Of a stretch of 64,000 nt of DNA, positions 1-14,500 are shown piece after piece (within the stretch, counting starts at the first letter, position 1; the number at the start of each line of letters is the position of its first letter). A program made the translations under genes and the position numbers. The stretch lies in NCBI RefSeq assembly GCF_031769215.1, contig NW_026782110.1, positions 434,001 to 498,000 of the forward strand. Reading direction: 5' to 3'. Below the pieces are notes generated by a model. That model was not told the origin of the DNA. It saw nothing but the letters and a program-made list of their open reading frames with translations, and ran no database searches. The DNA comes from Ylistrum balloti (taxonomy: Eukaryota).

Positions 1-370
1 TCACACAGGGAAACCTTATGTTTTCAAGAAATACTGATACTGGACATATCCGATCATATCAAAGCAAACATAGTGTGTTGGAATTTTCTGTCTTAAAGTA
101 GAACATTTACGATACGGAAATCATACAGCTTGGCGTCCATGTTGGTTTTACGGTAGGGAAAGGGATAAGAAGCTGATGTAGATGAGTGTGTTGTGTCTTT
201 GATTTCTAATTCTGATATATACAATGTTCAGTGGGCAATAAATCTCATTGTTACTTACAGACACCACATCATCAATATATCGACCACTGAAATTGAGTAC
301 TCTGCAAGGCGTTTATAACCTGTTTTTATCAACTTTTTGATGAATTCAACAAGTATTGTTAATGCTTTTC
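1..370 (-). mobile_element. Degenerate Penelope-like (PLE) reverse transcriptase remnant
   Basis: Manual minus-strand translation gives EFIKKLIK..KRLA, RYIDDVVSVSN (~258-282), ELEIKDTT..SASY (~175-212) and KLYD..IVN, the motif order of PLE RTs; broken by frameshifts and deletions; runs off the window edge. Confidence 0.6.
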
Positions 371-1825
371 ATTTCTTCGTCGATGTAATATTCACAAGTT
401 GATTAAATTGTCTTTACAAAAAGAGTACGATTAGACTCTAGTGCTAAGACATTATGTTTATATGTACCTAAAAAGCCAGTGATTAGCCTTGACGTTGATA
501 TTTTATTATGTGCGTTTTGGAGGTCATTATTTCATTGTTTGATGTGTTTCTTATGATCATCATCATTTTCACTTATCTCATTTTACCTTTCGTAAGTTAT
601 ATTTCACATCCATATATTGTCGGAACATAATATCTGTATGAATTACAAAACATCAGACATATTTAACAGACGCCCTTGTATTGTACTGGAGAAGATAATA
701 CAAAGACACATGATGCTTGCCTAGCTAAGCACTCCTACGTTCTTCGCTAACTCTATAATGTAGAACAGCGGAAAAGAAATAATACCAGTTGCTATTACAC
801 GACCAGACACAGATAAACTAAGTAGTCGAATCATTTGCGTTAATTATTGTTTCTGATTTCAGTTGGAGGAATTATGAGGGGAATACCCAGTACATTTATT
901 ATAATGGTTCTTTCTAAGAAAACAACAAAGGAGCTTATAAAGGTGAGAAAATGGGAGGTGATTATATAAATTACAAACGTCAGCAAGTTCTATCTATGTA
1001 TAATAAAGATATATTTGGGATACTTCCCATTTATTTTTATTTTTTATATAAGTATCATTCCATTTCATTTCAATAAAAGGGGAAATTAATTTAAAACAGG
1101 ATCGACCCGAAAATTTAAAAAAAAAAAGAATGCCTGTTATTTAGGACAAAATGAAAGCTAATAAAAGATATATTTCCATTATTTATACTCATAAAAACCA
1201 ATTTAACAAAGGAAACATACGTTTGGCCCAGGAAACCTTCAGCTGATGCAAGATGTCGACGGCTGACACATGATCTCACTGACAGTATCGCTGAATACAA
1301 AATACCCTTCCGCAACACCAAATATATTCTGGTTGTACTTTCTCCGTGTCAAACTTTCCGTCGTTTATATATTCCTCTAGTTATATAAAATCTAAATTTG
1401 AATCAATATTCCAGTATAAACGAAGGAGGTTCATAACGTCCAGTCATTGGCAACCTGAGTAATAATAAGTTTAAAGCATGTTTGAAGAGTATTTCTTCCT
1501 TGTCTATCTGGCAAGTCTAGTTCATTTTGTGTACAGGAAAAGTAAATAATATGTGATCATATAATTGGCCAGTATAGTGATTAAAATACTATATACTATA
1601 TACTAAATAAAACAGTTTTAGCATCAGTACCTCTGTATTGTCTTTTGAGTTTAGATTCCATTACTTTATGATACATAAGATCAGCGTGTGAATCTGCATT
1701 TTATTAAGTATAAAATATTTCAGTATTTCACTATTTCAATTTAACCATTCTCCATATTTTCTTAAAATTCTTTGTAAAATCATCGACAGACCTTTGACTG
1801 TTAACTAATAATATTAACTTCAATA

Positions 1826-3490
1826 GATGCATTAAAACTAAGTTGGGTAAGGAGACTTTATCATAGAGCAGGTAAGTGGTCTGCAATATTACAGACTAAT
1901 GTAGACATTGACATCCTACTGAATACTGGAGGTGAGTATATACAAAACTGCAAAAATGAAATCAAAAATAAATTTTGGAAAGATGTTTTCAGAGTATGGT
2001 ACAAACTACAAACAACAATTGAAATGTGTACAGGAAAGGAAAAATCAGTTTTGGAAATACCTATATGGTTTAATAGAAATATCACTCTATCTGGAAAGTC
2101 ATTTTTTTATAAGCAATGGTATAGAAAAGGGATAAGAACAATAGCAGACTTACTAGAAGCTGGTAATACTAATAATTTTCTTAGTTTTCAAGACTTTCAG
2201 AGAATATACAATGTGACAACTAACTTTTTGAACTATCAAGGTATCATTTCTGCAGTTAAAAAATTCCTAAGAGATAATCCACCTGTGAAGAATGACTCTC
2301 AACGGCTGACTCTCAACGGCCTGTAATACCATTATATATAAAGATGTTTTTCGAGCATTTAAAAGGTTCAAAAATATTTTATAATATTTTAAATACAACT
2401 CGGACAGAGCCAACTGGTAAAGCTAAATGGGAAGAGCAGTTTGATTTAACAAATAGTGATTGGGGAATTTTCTACAAAATGCCATTTCAAATTACAAAAA
2501 ATACCAAACTTCAATGGTTCCAGTATAGGGTCTCTCATCACATTCTGACAACTAATAGTAGGCTTTTTAAGGCAAAACTTGTGTCCAGTCCACTTTGTAA
2601 TCTATGCAACTCAGAAAGAGAATCGATCACTCATCTCCTTTGGGAATGTCAGGAAGTGCAAAACTTTTTACAATCATTTGAAACACTAACAGATATTAAT
2701 ACCATTCTCAGTCAACAAACAGTCTTTTATACTTGGAATTAAAAGGAACAATAGCCCTAGCTTTAGAGTTGACAATGAAGTAATTCTTATTATTAAACAT
2801 TATATATATAAAACAAGATGCCTCCATGCTACTCTCAATATCAACGCCATTGTAAAGATTATACAAAATCACTATTCTGTTCAAAAATATATTTCAAATA
2901 GCAAAAACATGTCTTACAAACAAAATTTCACAAATGATTGGAAAAAATGGGAAAACCTTATCCAATTGAATATTTAAATAATTATAATACTTTTTATCCT
3001 TGACAGTGCTGTCATATCTTTGTTTCACTGTCTTTAGCAAAAAAATTGTTTCAAAATCCCATGGACTTCTTATGTCATTCCCCCCTCCCCATCCCTTATC
3101 TTCCTATTTCCGTTTTCATCGCTTTGTCTGTTTCTGTAATTGTAGAGAATGATTCAGTGAGAGAGAGCAATCTATGTATAATGTAAATTATTGATATTTC
3201 CTCTATGCTATCATTTAGTCTGGCTGTACTATGCTCTGTGTAATCTTTGACAACAAGGGCAGATAACAAAGAATCATCACCAGCTATTCACACCTCAATT
3301 ATTTACAAAGGTTTTTTTTCTTTTTTTTTTTATGTTTTTTTAAAATGTGAATTACACTTTGTTTCAAACAAGCAGAAGTTGCAGCATGGAAAGGCTGTTA
3401 TGTGGGGCGTATCTCGCTACTCCTAATCCATGCTTGCACTTCTGGTTTGGGATTACACTATTGAAAACATATAATTTTGAATAAAGTTTG
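1826..3490 (+). mobile_element. 5'-truncated, frameshifted non-LTR retrotransposon (L1/Tx1-like ORF2 C-terminus with zf-RVT, plus 3' UTR)
   Basis: ALKLSWVRRL..FWKDV..IPIWFN (1826-2070), WYRKGI..IADLL, zf-RVT LQWFQYR..HHILTTN..CNLCNSERESITHLLWEC (ORF 2344-2742), terminal DWKKWENL* with stop at 2975-2977; a 14-bp tandem duplication (2293-2320) breaks the frame; AATAAA at 3480-3485. Confidence 0.8.
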
Positions 3491-3554
3491 GAGATAGGTG
3501 TGAATAGATGATGATGAGGCAAGACACTAATAATAATAAACAGCTCTGTTGTTG

Positions 3555-3739
3555 ATCAGTGTATGATGTGATAATGAGGATGAAAGGTTGATGATGGAGT
3601 GGTGGTGATGATGATATGATGATTGCGATGCTGAATATGTGTTACTGTTGATGATGATATGATAGTGATGATGATGATGATATGGTGATGATCATGATAA
3701 TGAAGTGATGATGATACGATGATCATGACGATAACTATG

Positions 3740-3807
<68 letters not shown>
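3555..3807. repeat. (GAT)n microsatellite with degenerate left flank
   Basis: About 22 perfect GAT units at 3741-3806, preceded by ~185 bp of degenerate GAT/GGT repeats. Confidence 0.95.
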
Positions 3808-4945
3808 TATTATTATTGGGGCTTGTGAATGAAACACAGTAGTACATTGTATGTCATGTCAGCAAAGAGGAACGAGTAGGAAATAATGAGTGCATGTTTT
3901 GAGTGAGTGTACATGGGTGTAGTGTGATATGTGCCAGGGTGTGTATGTGTATGTGAGTCTAGTATATATCGTGTGTTGCATACCTTTGTAAAATCTTGAA
4001 AAACAAAATAAAAAAAAAACATTTCAATAGATTTATTGTTGTGGTCATAATTACCACTACTTCCTATTCACAAAGATAATGAACGTATCAAATAACACTT
4101 ACGATGGGGGGATTCAATTTAACAACATATATTGATTATATTCGCATATAGATAGGAATACGACACGCACATATAAGCAAATACTCTATTGTGCTTATGT
4201 TAATGGAATTACAGAAGGCATTTTTTATAATTCACAGCAGAGTGTTTATTCATGAACGCCGTCTAAATAACATTAAATCTGTTATCTGTATTGATACGGA
4301 TAGGTAAGTGTGACAGATAAATAACTAACAAATAAAACTCGTGTTATCATGTTAAACATCATAGAGTCAAATAGAGTCACGTCAACACTAGTTGTAACAT
4401 TAAATGACAAGAAATATTGAAACAATGGAAAATAAAAAGCCAATGTTATAGTAAACAAAGAAGTGTGACGAGATATGAATGAAAATATTGGTATTAAATT
4501 GTTATATATTGCCATGAAAAGTCTTTGTCTAAAACAGCAGAAATTATACAAAGACTTGCTTTATTTCACATTATCACTTTTTGTCTCTAAACATAAGAAA
4601 GGTGTGTCTAGTTGAAATGTTAGCGCGTTTCGGCTGTGTCACTCAACTACACATATTTGATCTAGCTTGGTACTTATTCGGCAGATCTTTATTCCTGAAC
4701 GCAATACAAGACTTGAGCTACCTTTGGCATTTATCAAATATTGACTTTCTCAGAAACGCCTTCGTTATGTCTAGTAGTTTTTATATTCGAACACATAAGT
4801 TCGTAATTCAGATGTTATTAACAGTGAAATAGAATAAGAGGGGTAATACTCTACGTGAAAGTTAAATCCCAAGTATCTAAAGTTTGACATAAAATGATAT
4901 ATGATTGTTTTCAAATGATATCTCTTATATTAACTTTCACAGAGT

Positions 4946-5051
4946 CAATAACAATTGATCTTTGATCTTTCTTATCTCAAATTCCACAAAGGCAATAACA
5001 ATTGATCTTTGATCTTTCTTATCTCAAATTCCACAAAGGCAATAACAATTG
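4946..5051. repeat. 47-bp tandem duplication (2.2 copies)
   Basis: caataacaattgatctttgatctttcttatctcaaattccacaaagg at 4946 and 4993, partial third copy at 5040. Confidence 0.9.
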
Positions 5052-5868
5052 CATTTCCGATTCCACAAAATCAATAAAACTGATGTTTTTTACTTCAAAT
5101 TCAAATACACAATGTACAATAACAATTCGTGTTGCTTCGAATTTCATCATTACAATAACAATTTGTATTTTGTCAAAAACATAAAATGCTTACACATTTT
5201 CTTTGTTTTATTATACACGTTTATATAATAAAAAAGGTAATTGAATAAGGTCGGTAGAATCATCTTGATGTCTGCTGTACTTTATAAAATGTTAATAAAA
5301 ACAAAAATCTAATATTAAACCAGGAAGATAAAACATCGCTCTATGGAAACAAAAAAAAGGTCGTAGTAACGGGTTTCTTCCTTGTTTGTGAAAGCACACG
5401 CTTGCAATTCAATGCAGTCAACAGTGTTCGAGATTTATTATACCATCTGTATATTGTCGTGTGGTCAATCGAACTTAATTCATCAATCTGTAAAATTTTG
5501 TAGCAGTGTTAATTGGAATAATCAAGGTGTCTATTACGCCGCTGTTACATATAATCCTGGATTAACCTAACAGATGAAGCAGTGTTCTAATTCACAAAAT
5601 TAACAAGGTATGTAAATGTGTTTCCTTTATTAAATATTATATTACAAGCATACAATTCTTTTTAACAAAATATGGCATGGACCTACTACACTGAACAAGG
5701 GAATAATATTTTTATCATAAGAAAGAGGATAGCAAATGACCAGTATTTAAATACAAACTATTTACTTTGATATTATTTAGATGCGACTTTCAATTATCTC
5801 TATATATAAGTGAATAACACATTTAAAAACGAACTTAGATACAGTAATGTCAAACAATGATTTAACTG

Positions 5869-6046
5869 CATCAAACAACTGTTTCGTCCCTTTAAGACTC
5901 ATCAGTGATGCCACATCATACAACGGTTTCGTCCTTTTAGGACTCATCAGTGATGCTACATCATACAACGGTTTCGTTCTTTTAGGACTCATCAGTGATG
6001 CTACATCATACAACTGTTTCGTCCTTCTAGGACTCATCAGTGATGC
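5869..6046. repeat. 45-bp minisatellite, ~4 copies
   Basis: Unit catcatacaacggtttcgtccttttaggactcatcagtgatgcta repeated with 2-4 substitutions per copy. Confidence 0.92.
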
Positions 6047-6424
6047 ACAGGGCCTTTTGTTTGAAACCTGGAAGGCACTGAAGAAAATCCAATGTCACCA
6101 CAAGAAATCTTAAAACCTAGACTAGAAAGTGTATTAACCCTATAAACAAAGCTAAACTGTTACCGAGTATATACTGCATACAGTATTTCAGTATCTTGTC
6201 GAATGTAAAATAAGTAGATAACTTTCATGATCGAAAAGAAACTTGTCACATTAAATGAGAAGAATAAGTGGTTAAGTCTTTTATTGATCAGATCTACATT
6301 GACTTCGACCTGATATTGTGAGTTTCCGAGACATAATGCACCGTGTTATGTAATTCTAAAAAACCATAGATGTTTTAACGCAGTGGTATATTGTGTTCGT
6401 GAGTATGTAACCATAGTGTTTTAT

Positions 6425-7023
6425 GTATCATACAGGATTTCTCCTGGTGTTGTATCATACAGGATTTCTCCTGGTGTTGTATCATACAGGATTTCTCCTG
6501 GTGTTGCAGCATACAGGATTTCTCCTGATGTGGTATCGTACAGGATTTCTCCTGGTGTTGTATCATACAGGATTTCTCCTGGTGTTGCATCATACAGGAT
6601 TTCTCCTGATGTGGTATCGTACAGGATTTCTCCTGGTGTTGTATCATACAGGATTTCTCCTGGTGTTGTATCGTACAGGATTTCTCCTGGTGTTGTATCA
6701 TACAGGATTTCTCCTGGTGTTGCATCATACAGGATTTCTCCTGATGTGGTATCGTACAGGATTTCTCCTGGTGTTGTATCATACAGGATTTCTCCTGATG
6801 TGGTATCGTACAGGATTTCTCCTGGTGTTGTATCATACAGGATTTCTCCTGATGTTGTATCGTACAGGATTTCTCCTGGTGTTGCATCATACAGGATTTC
6901 TCCTGATGTGGTATCGTACAGGATTTCTCCTGGTGTTGTATCATACAGGATTTCTCCTGGTGTTGTATCGTACAGGATTTCTCCTGGTGTTGCATCATAC
7001 AGGATTTCTCCTGGTATTGTATG
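6425..7023. repeat. 27-bp minisatellite, ~22 copies
   Basis: Unit gtatcatacaggatttctcctggtgtt with recurring variants (gcatc, gatgtg, tcgtac). Confidence 0.95.
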
Positions 7024-7916
7024 ATACGGTCTTTGTCACGGAGATCAATTGGTAATATTTTATCGTACCAGTTTGTCTTTACACAGATTACCAGATTGCT
7101 GAAAACTCCGTTAATAACATAAATCTGTATCATTGTCTATAAGATATCATACCAACAAATAAACATACTGATACATATATTCTATATAATGTACAACAAA
7201 TAAGGAATGCAACATTTTTGAGTCAACGTAAATAGAGGCAATACACAAGATAACTGGTTTGAGGTGGAAGTAATGTTATTCTATATAATGGCCTGCTTCC
7301 ACAGGTAGGCGAATACTCTTGCATAAAAATATCCATTTAATAAAGATTGCAAACAGCAGATGCCTTCCTCACGTAATTCATCTAATTGATTATCAATAAT
7401 ACTAATGATCATTATCCTCTTCGACAAAATGTACTCCTTGATGTAAGCCTAGCCATAACTCGTTATTATAACACTAATTTTTGGCACATCCTATGACAGA
7501 TGTTCATCATCAGTGTGTATTTGTTTGGAAAATTACGGCAACAGAAAAGGAAAATTAATTCTATGCTAACCTAGAAACTCTGCTTGTAAATCAGATTTAT
7601 TTACTTTCCACCGACTTAATAGCCCTGGGATTGTGGTCATTCTGTAGAGAATTGTCCTCAACTCTTCTTCCTCCATTGTCCTCTTTTCACTATTCAAAGA
7701 CAACTCGTCCTTAACTCCCTCCCTACACCAACAGATTCTACACTTCTAAAGAATAAATCCGACTTTTTTTATTAATATATCCATTACCGATACTGGAGTC
7801 TTTTTTAAGTAAACTTGACTTTTCATTTATTCATTCTACAATATTTTGGATCTGCTTGTCAATTTCATGGAGCCAGCATATGATTGTGAGTGTGTATGGA
7901 TAGTTGATAGACTCTG

Positions 7917-8382
7917 TGTGGTGTCTCAAACTTTTATTTATCTGTTTATCATGCAAGAGTTGTCTCCGGGGAGGACAGCAGTATCACACACAGAACCTCC
8001 GGAGAGGGTAAGAAACTGAAATTAATAAAATGTTCGACTTATAACAGAAATCTCAATGCATTAGAAGGCTTACCAAGCAAACACGTGTTCCGGTTTACAA
8101 ATCACGCTTCGAATAAATCCCAGTTCTAGGTAAGATTATCGACTTTGACACAGTTAATGCACTAAATTACTGTTATGTACATACATCTTACATGGTACTT
8201 ACTCAATGGTTAGCACTAGATCTAAATGACACATGAAGATAATTGTGTAAAACAGCTCCTAGCTGTACTGAAAAACACAAGTAAACAAACTGGAAATCAC
8301 AACAAGTCCGATAACTCTTGCAGAACTTTAAAGATGCGCGTTCCATAATACAGCAGAAAATATAAACTTTTATAACATCACA
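7917..8382 (-). repeat. 3' LTR (466 bp, TG...CA)
   Basis: On the minus strand it begins TGTGATG right after the PPT and ends CACCACA; AATAAA at 7933-7938, 16 nt from the end. Confidence 0.93.
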
Positions 8383-8392
8383 CTCCCCTCCT
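8383..8392 (-). promoter_or_regulatory. Polypurine tract (AGGAGGGGAG)
   Basis: Plus-strand ctcccctcct immediately internal to the 3' LTR. Confidence 0.88.
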
Positions 8393-8555
8393 GGCGTGTG
8401 AAACACGTCACTAATATATTGTCATACAATTGCATGTATTACTACACAAATATGATGAACGTGTCTTTCGATAAACACAACTACAATAAAATTCAAATGT
8501 TGCTTGCACGTATCACTTATCTTGCACAATCCATGTTGAGAGATCAATGAACACC

Positions 8556-11500
8556 TCACTCTGTGGAAATTAGTGGTACCAACTGGGTAATTGGCCTTAT
8601 GTAGGTCGTTCTTACACCATCACGGCACACTGCTACTTCGACTTTCCGAACCTTGCCGTCATCGCTTAGAAATGTTCTTTGCACCAAAGCCAGAGGCCAC
8701 TCAACACGAGGGCTCTGATCATCCCGCATCAATGCTATGTCCCCCATTTGGAAGTTCGGAAGTCCCTGACGCCATTTAGGCCTCACCTGCAAACCGACAA
8801 GGTACTCTTTTTTCCACCTATCCCAGAAGTTGTTGGCAAGATTTTGAACCTGTTTCCATTGGATCCTGTAAGAATCCTTCAAATTGACATCCGTGAGTTG
8901 ACATGTGGGTAATTCTGGTGATTTTTGTGTCAACAACACGGAAGGTGAGAGTACACCTGGATCCTCTGGATCCGTTGAAACAGCGACAATGGGTCTAGAG
9001 TTTATGATAGCTGTGACCTCTGCCATGAGTGTTGTCAGTACCTCGTGTGTGAGCTCCTTTCCTTTCACGTCGAGTAACATGGAGTCAAGTATTCTGCGCG
9101 TAGTACCGATCATCCTCTCCCAGATGCCACCCATATGTGAAGCATGAGGTGGGTTGAACCGCCAAACAGTGCCGATGTTGACAAGATGATTAGACATCTC
9201 CATGTCTTCGACGTTGATAGCTTGGATTCCGACAGCATCGGTGGATCCGACGAAATTTGTCCCCCTGTCCGACCGAAAAACACTGACAGGTCCACGAATC
9301 GAATAGAACCTGCGAAGGGCATTGATAAACGAGGATGACGACATATCTTCAATGACCTCGATGTGTACCGCCCGTATGACTAGGCACGTAAATAGCGCAG
9401 CCCATCTTTTCTGCTGGGAATGGGATCCTCTGGTTCGACGAAAGGAGATATACCATGGTCCAAAAATGTCCACTCCAACGTATGTAAATGGGGGCGAAGG
9501 AGTGAGGCGATCTGCTGGCAGATCAGCCATGAGCTGAACAGCGGTCTTTCCACGTAAACGACGACAACGAACGCACTTATGGATGAGAGATGAGATTAGC
9601 CTCTTGGACCCGGTGATCCAGAAACCGGCGGAGCGGACAGCGCCTGCAGTGAAGTGTCGACCTTGGTGATGAACCTTGGCATGGAAGTGAAGAACGATCA
9701 ACTTCGCTGTATGGTGTTTGCCAGGAAGAATAACTGGGTTCTTCTCCAATGAATTGTATCCAGATTTGTTCAGTCGACCCCCTACCCTCAAAATCCCTTC
9801 CTCGTCCAAATAAGGTGAAAGTGATGAAATGTGACTGTCTTTAGGAATAGGTTTTGAATTTTGTAGGTTCCGGATTTCCTTTGGGAAAGCCTCTTTCTGG
9901 GTCTCTCTAAGTATGACTCGTTTTGCTCTCTCCAGATTCGAAAGTTTTCCAGTTCCCGCGCTCCCCTCCTTGGAATCGAAACTCCCCTCCTTAGTTTTGA
10001 AACGCTGAACAAACCAGAGCAGATTCCCTATGGCACGGGTAAGGGATGTCCAGCCAGAAAACCTCTGGAATCTCTCTGAACCAAGACTATCGTGGCTGTT
10101 AGAAGTCAACGACTTAAGCGCGACAACATTCCGGACTTCGGCGTCCGTCTGAGGACTGATAAGAGGAAAATCCTGGTTGCAAAGAATTTCACAGTCAAGA
10201 AGAAGCGAAGGGCCCCTCAACCAAGGACTTTGATCAAGTTGACCTGCATCAATACATCTGGTTCCGATATCCGCCGGGTTCATGTTGGTAGGAACATGAT
10301 GCCATTGTGTTGGTTTGCTGACGTTCAAAATTCTGTCAATACGGTTGGCCACATACGTGTAGAAGCGACGAACTCTGTTATTTATGTAGCCGAGGACGAC
10401 ATTGCTATCAGAGTGGTAACGGATATCTGCTGGGTTGACATCTAATTGATCAGCGATGATCTGTCCAAGCTCGGTAGCAAGGACAGCGGAACAAAGTTCT
10501 AATCGTGGAATAGTATGCCCATGATGAGGGGCTACTTTGGCCTTTCCTAGAACAAAGCAGACGTGAGAGTTTCCATCGTCTTCCGTGATCTTAAAATACG
10601 CTACTGCTGCAATGGCGTCCTTGGACGCATCACAAAATACGTGCAGACATTGTTTCATTCCTTGATGAAGTCGTACCTCACAGTATGACCTACGGACCTT
10701 ACAGTAGTTTAACTCCTTCAGGGACCTTTTCCACAACTCCCAGTCCCGTCGACTGTCTTCGGGAAGCGGATCGTCCCAACCCAATGTTGATGAAATGAGA
10801 TCCCTAAAGAGCAGCTTCCCTTTGAGGACAACAGGAGCTGCAAAGCCGAGTGGATCATATAGACCGTTTATCGTTGCTAAGATCCCACGTCGGGTATATG
10901 GCTTATCCTCAAGATGTGAGTTGAATGTAAAGAAGTCCCCTGCCAGGTTCCAGGAGAGCCCTAGACTTCTCTGTACAGGTTGGGAGTCGACGCTCATGTT
11001 CAAGTTCTTAATATCTCCCGCAAGCTCGTCTGGGCCGAAAGCCTCAAGCACATCCCTCCTGTTGGATGCGACCTTGTGAAGTCTTATATTACCATTTGTT
11101 CGTAATGTATGCTGAGTGCGTTTCATCAAGGACACAGCTGTATCGGCGTCATAAGTCGATGTCAGACCATCATCGACATAGAAGTTACGATGAACAAATT
11201 CCTTCACATCAGCATCCGCTCCCTCGACAGCTTGTCTGAGACCATAAGTGGCCACTGCAGGTGATGGCGAATTTCCAAAGACATGTGCTGTCATACGGTA
11301 TTCGATAAGCTGTTTTGATGTGTTATTGTCTTCATGCCAGAAGAACCGGAGAAAATTCCGATGTGATTTATCCACCTTAAAACAGTAGAACATCTGCTCG
11401 ACGTCACCTGTAATGGCTACAGGCTTAGTGCGGAACCTCAAAAGTACACCAAGTAAACTGTTGACTAAGTCTGGCCCTGTCATAAGTACGCTGTTGAGCG

Positions 11501-14500
11501 AGATGCCATTACATCGAGCAGATGAGTCAAATACTGCTCTTATCTTATCAGGCTTTTTGGGGTGGTATATGCCGAAGAGAGGAAGGTACCAACGTTCTTC
11601 ACCATCCTTCAGAGGAGGAGCGACTTCGGCATGCCCTTTGTTCAATATCTTGGCCATAAACTCAGTCATGTGAGCACGCTTTACAGCGTCTCTGTGTAGA
11701 CTCCTGTCCAAGGACATTGCTCTTTGTAAGGCCTGAGATCTGTTGTCAGGAAGTCTAGGTCGATCTGGCTTGAATGGAAGGGGAGCTGACCAGTTTCCCT
11801 CTGAATTCTTTTTCATGCAGGAATCCATTATATGAAGAAACTCCTTGTCCTCCACTGAGAAGCCTGGCACATCATCGTTTGGTCCTTTGAGGTAAACAGG
11901 GAAACAGGGCTCTGGGCTGTCCGCCTTTACCTCAAAGCAATTAGGACAGGGTTCCATCAAGGAAGGACGTCCATTTCTCAGGGTGTAAGTCTTGTTGCTA
12001 GTGACGAAAGGTGTCTGATGAACACTTCCAAGACAGACTTCACCAATAATTACCCATCCAAGTTTGAGTCTTTGCCCATAAGGCCCATCAGGTGGACCAA
12101 TCTTCTGGTCTTCCACATGGTGTGCAGTGGGGAGGTCTCGCCCTATGAGCATCATAATATCGGCTTTAGGATCTAATGCCGGAAGGTAATCTGCTATCTC
12201 ACGTAAATGGGGGTGATGAAAGGCAGCCTCCGGAGTCGGTATCTCATCCCGGGCATCTGGTATCATGTCACACTCAATCAAATCTGGTAGATCAATAGCC
12301 GTTGTGCCATCAAGAGACTCAACAACATATCCTCTTGCTTTTCTTCCTGAAGCTGAAATGTAGCCTGAGCATGAGGATAGCGTATACTCGGTGTGGTTGC
12401 CTTCTTCGCCAAAGTAGTCAAAGAAACTAGTCCTAGCAAGTGTTTGGTTACTCTGATCGTCAATGATGGCATAGAGTCTGAGAGCTTGGTCTGGCTGGCC
12501 AGTAGGGTACACCTTCACAAGGACAGTCTTCGCGCAGGATTTACTCATGCCCAAGGGATTCTTGCACACCTGTGTACATGTTGAATTAACAGGGTTTGTA
12601 GGAGTTGTTTTAGCCTGTTCTTTATCTGGAACTGATGACTTGCTAAGAGGAGTTGTAATGTGTAGAGCTGACGGGTGTCGGTTACTGTTGCAAATTTCAC
12701 ATTTTATGGCTATATCACAATCCTTGGCCAAGTGTTTTCCAGGGCCACAGCACCTAAAGCAGAGAGAGTTCTCACGAAGAAACTTCTTCCTTTCCTCTAT
12801 AGGCTTCGATCTGAAACCTCTACATTTGTTGAGCGTGTGTTTTGTCTTATGTAAAGGACAGGACAGGGCAAGCTCTGATGGTTTTTCCACCTCAGTTTTT
12901 CTTGCAGATACCAAAACCTTGGGAGGTCTGTTTCCTGTTTTGACAGGTTTTGACATTGTGGTAGACGCATCTGGCTGGTCATATTTGAACCCAGGGTCAT
13001 TTCTCGCCCTTGCAATGTCGCGCAGGAATTCTATGAAAACAGTGAAAGGAGGGTATGACGCACCATGGTTTTTCTTGTACTTGATGCCATGTGTAGTCCA
13101 CCTTTGCTGTATACTAACAGGTAACTTGGCCACTATAGGGTTTACTCCAGAAGATGAGTCATAGTATGCCAACAAAGTAGAGTATTGTTTGTCTGCTTTC
13201 CTAGCAGCAATCTCGGATACAAGGTCAACAAGTTCGAACAATCGACTACTGTCTTTGTTTGAAATATTGGGGAAAGCAGCGACACGGGCTTTCAGACAAG
13301 CCTCCACCATCTCTGGACCAGCATAACGATCCTCTAATCTTTCCCAGATTCTTGCCACCCCTACCTTAGGGTCCTCAGGGTATGCAGATCTTATGTTCAG
13401 GGCTTGCCTGCTGGAATCTGCACCTAGCCATTTTACCAGGAGGTCCATTTCCTCTGTAGCAGAAGCTCCAAGCTCTGTTATGATACCTCTGAAGCTAGAT
13501 TTCCATACAGCATAGGTCTCTGGGCAGTCTGTGAACTTAGTGAGTCTAGAGAGGAGTAAATCCTTTTTCAAGAGGTACTTTGAGAACTCAGCACACATAT
13601 CAAAATGATGATTTGTAGGTGATGGGTGAAATTCTTGCGCATCCGGGTTCAAGGCATTTGTCGTTGGTGAGGTAATTGCATATGATATATTGTTGGTTGA
13701 AGTGACTGATGATATGTCTAACAATGGCAATGGACCCGGAGTGGACGACATTTGTTTACCTTGTTTTGAAGGCTGTAGCGTACGTGGTTCGGGGTTTCCA
13801 GGCAACGTATTGGCATTGGAGGTACATGTAGGTAACTCAAAATGAGGTAAGTATCCTTGGGAGGATTGTAACAAAGTGGGTGAACAGTCAAACCTGACCT
13901 GAGTTAAAGGTATATGGCTATAACACCCTGATGCTTCATCGATACATGACTCAGATCCCTTATGAGACGACACGCTACTCCCTCTGACAAACTTACTTAC
14001 TGGTTCAGGTTCTGAGGAGAGATTAAGCCTCAAGTTCTGTTCCTCGACAAATCGTGTCACTCTAGTTGACCTTTCTCCTGACTCATACGACAAACTGCTG
14101 TCATCACTGTCACTTTGTTGTTCTAGCATAGTTCTAAGCTTGGCCTCAGCTTCCTTAACTTCCCTTTTTACCGCCAATACATCAAGTTCCGCTTGGAGCA
14201 CAGCTTGTTGTTTTTTAATTGAAGCCTCTTCCTCTGCGAGCTTTAGTCGCTCCCTCTTAATCTCGGTGTCAGTCCTCTGTTGTTTAACCATGGACCTTGT
14301 AGATGAGGCTGATGTCCTCGACCTATGTTTTGATGATACATGTGTGTTCACAGATCCCTGTGTTGATTTCATAGACTTATGTTTTGATGGCACATGTGCG
14401 TTAACAGACCCTTGTGCTGATAAAGTTGGTTTACTTTCTGCTAATCCAGCGTTGATCATTGATAAGGCTCTTTGGTACTTGTCTGTCAAAACATTTAGAA

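Noticed and set aside
1150-1800. Protein-like minus-strand fragments (NELDLPDRQGRNTL, HVSAVDILHQLK), vaguely ankyrin-like
   Set aside because: Interrupted by stops and frameshifts and too short to assign without a search.
3556-3837. Poly-His ORF
   Set aside because: Translation of the (GAT)n microsatellite.
5777-7133. Repetitive ORFs on both strands (86-252 aa) and a possible CRISPR-like array
   Set aside because: Stop-free frames of the 45-bp and 27-bp minisatellites; there are no unique spacers and no cas genes, and the context is eukaryotic.
7912-7916. Target-site duplication of the BEL element (ctctg)
   Set aside because: The right-hand copy is absent because the 5' LTR tip is deleted, so it cannot be confirmed.
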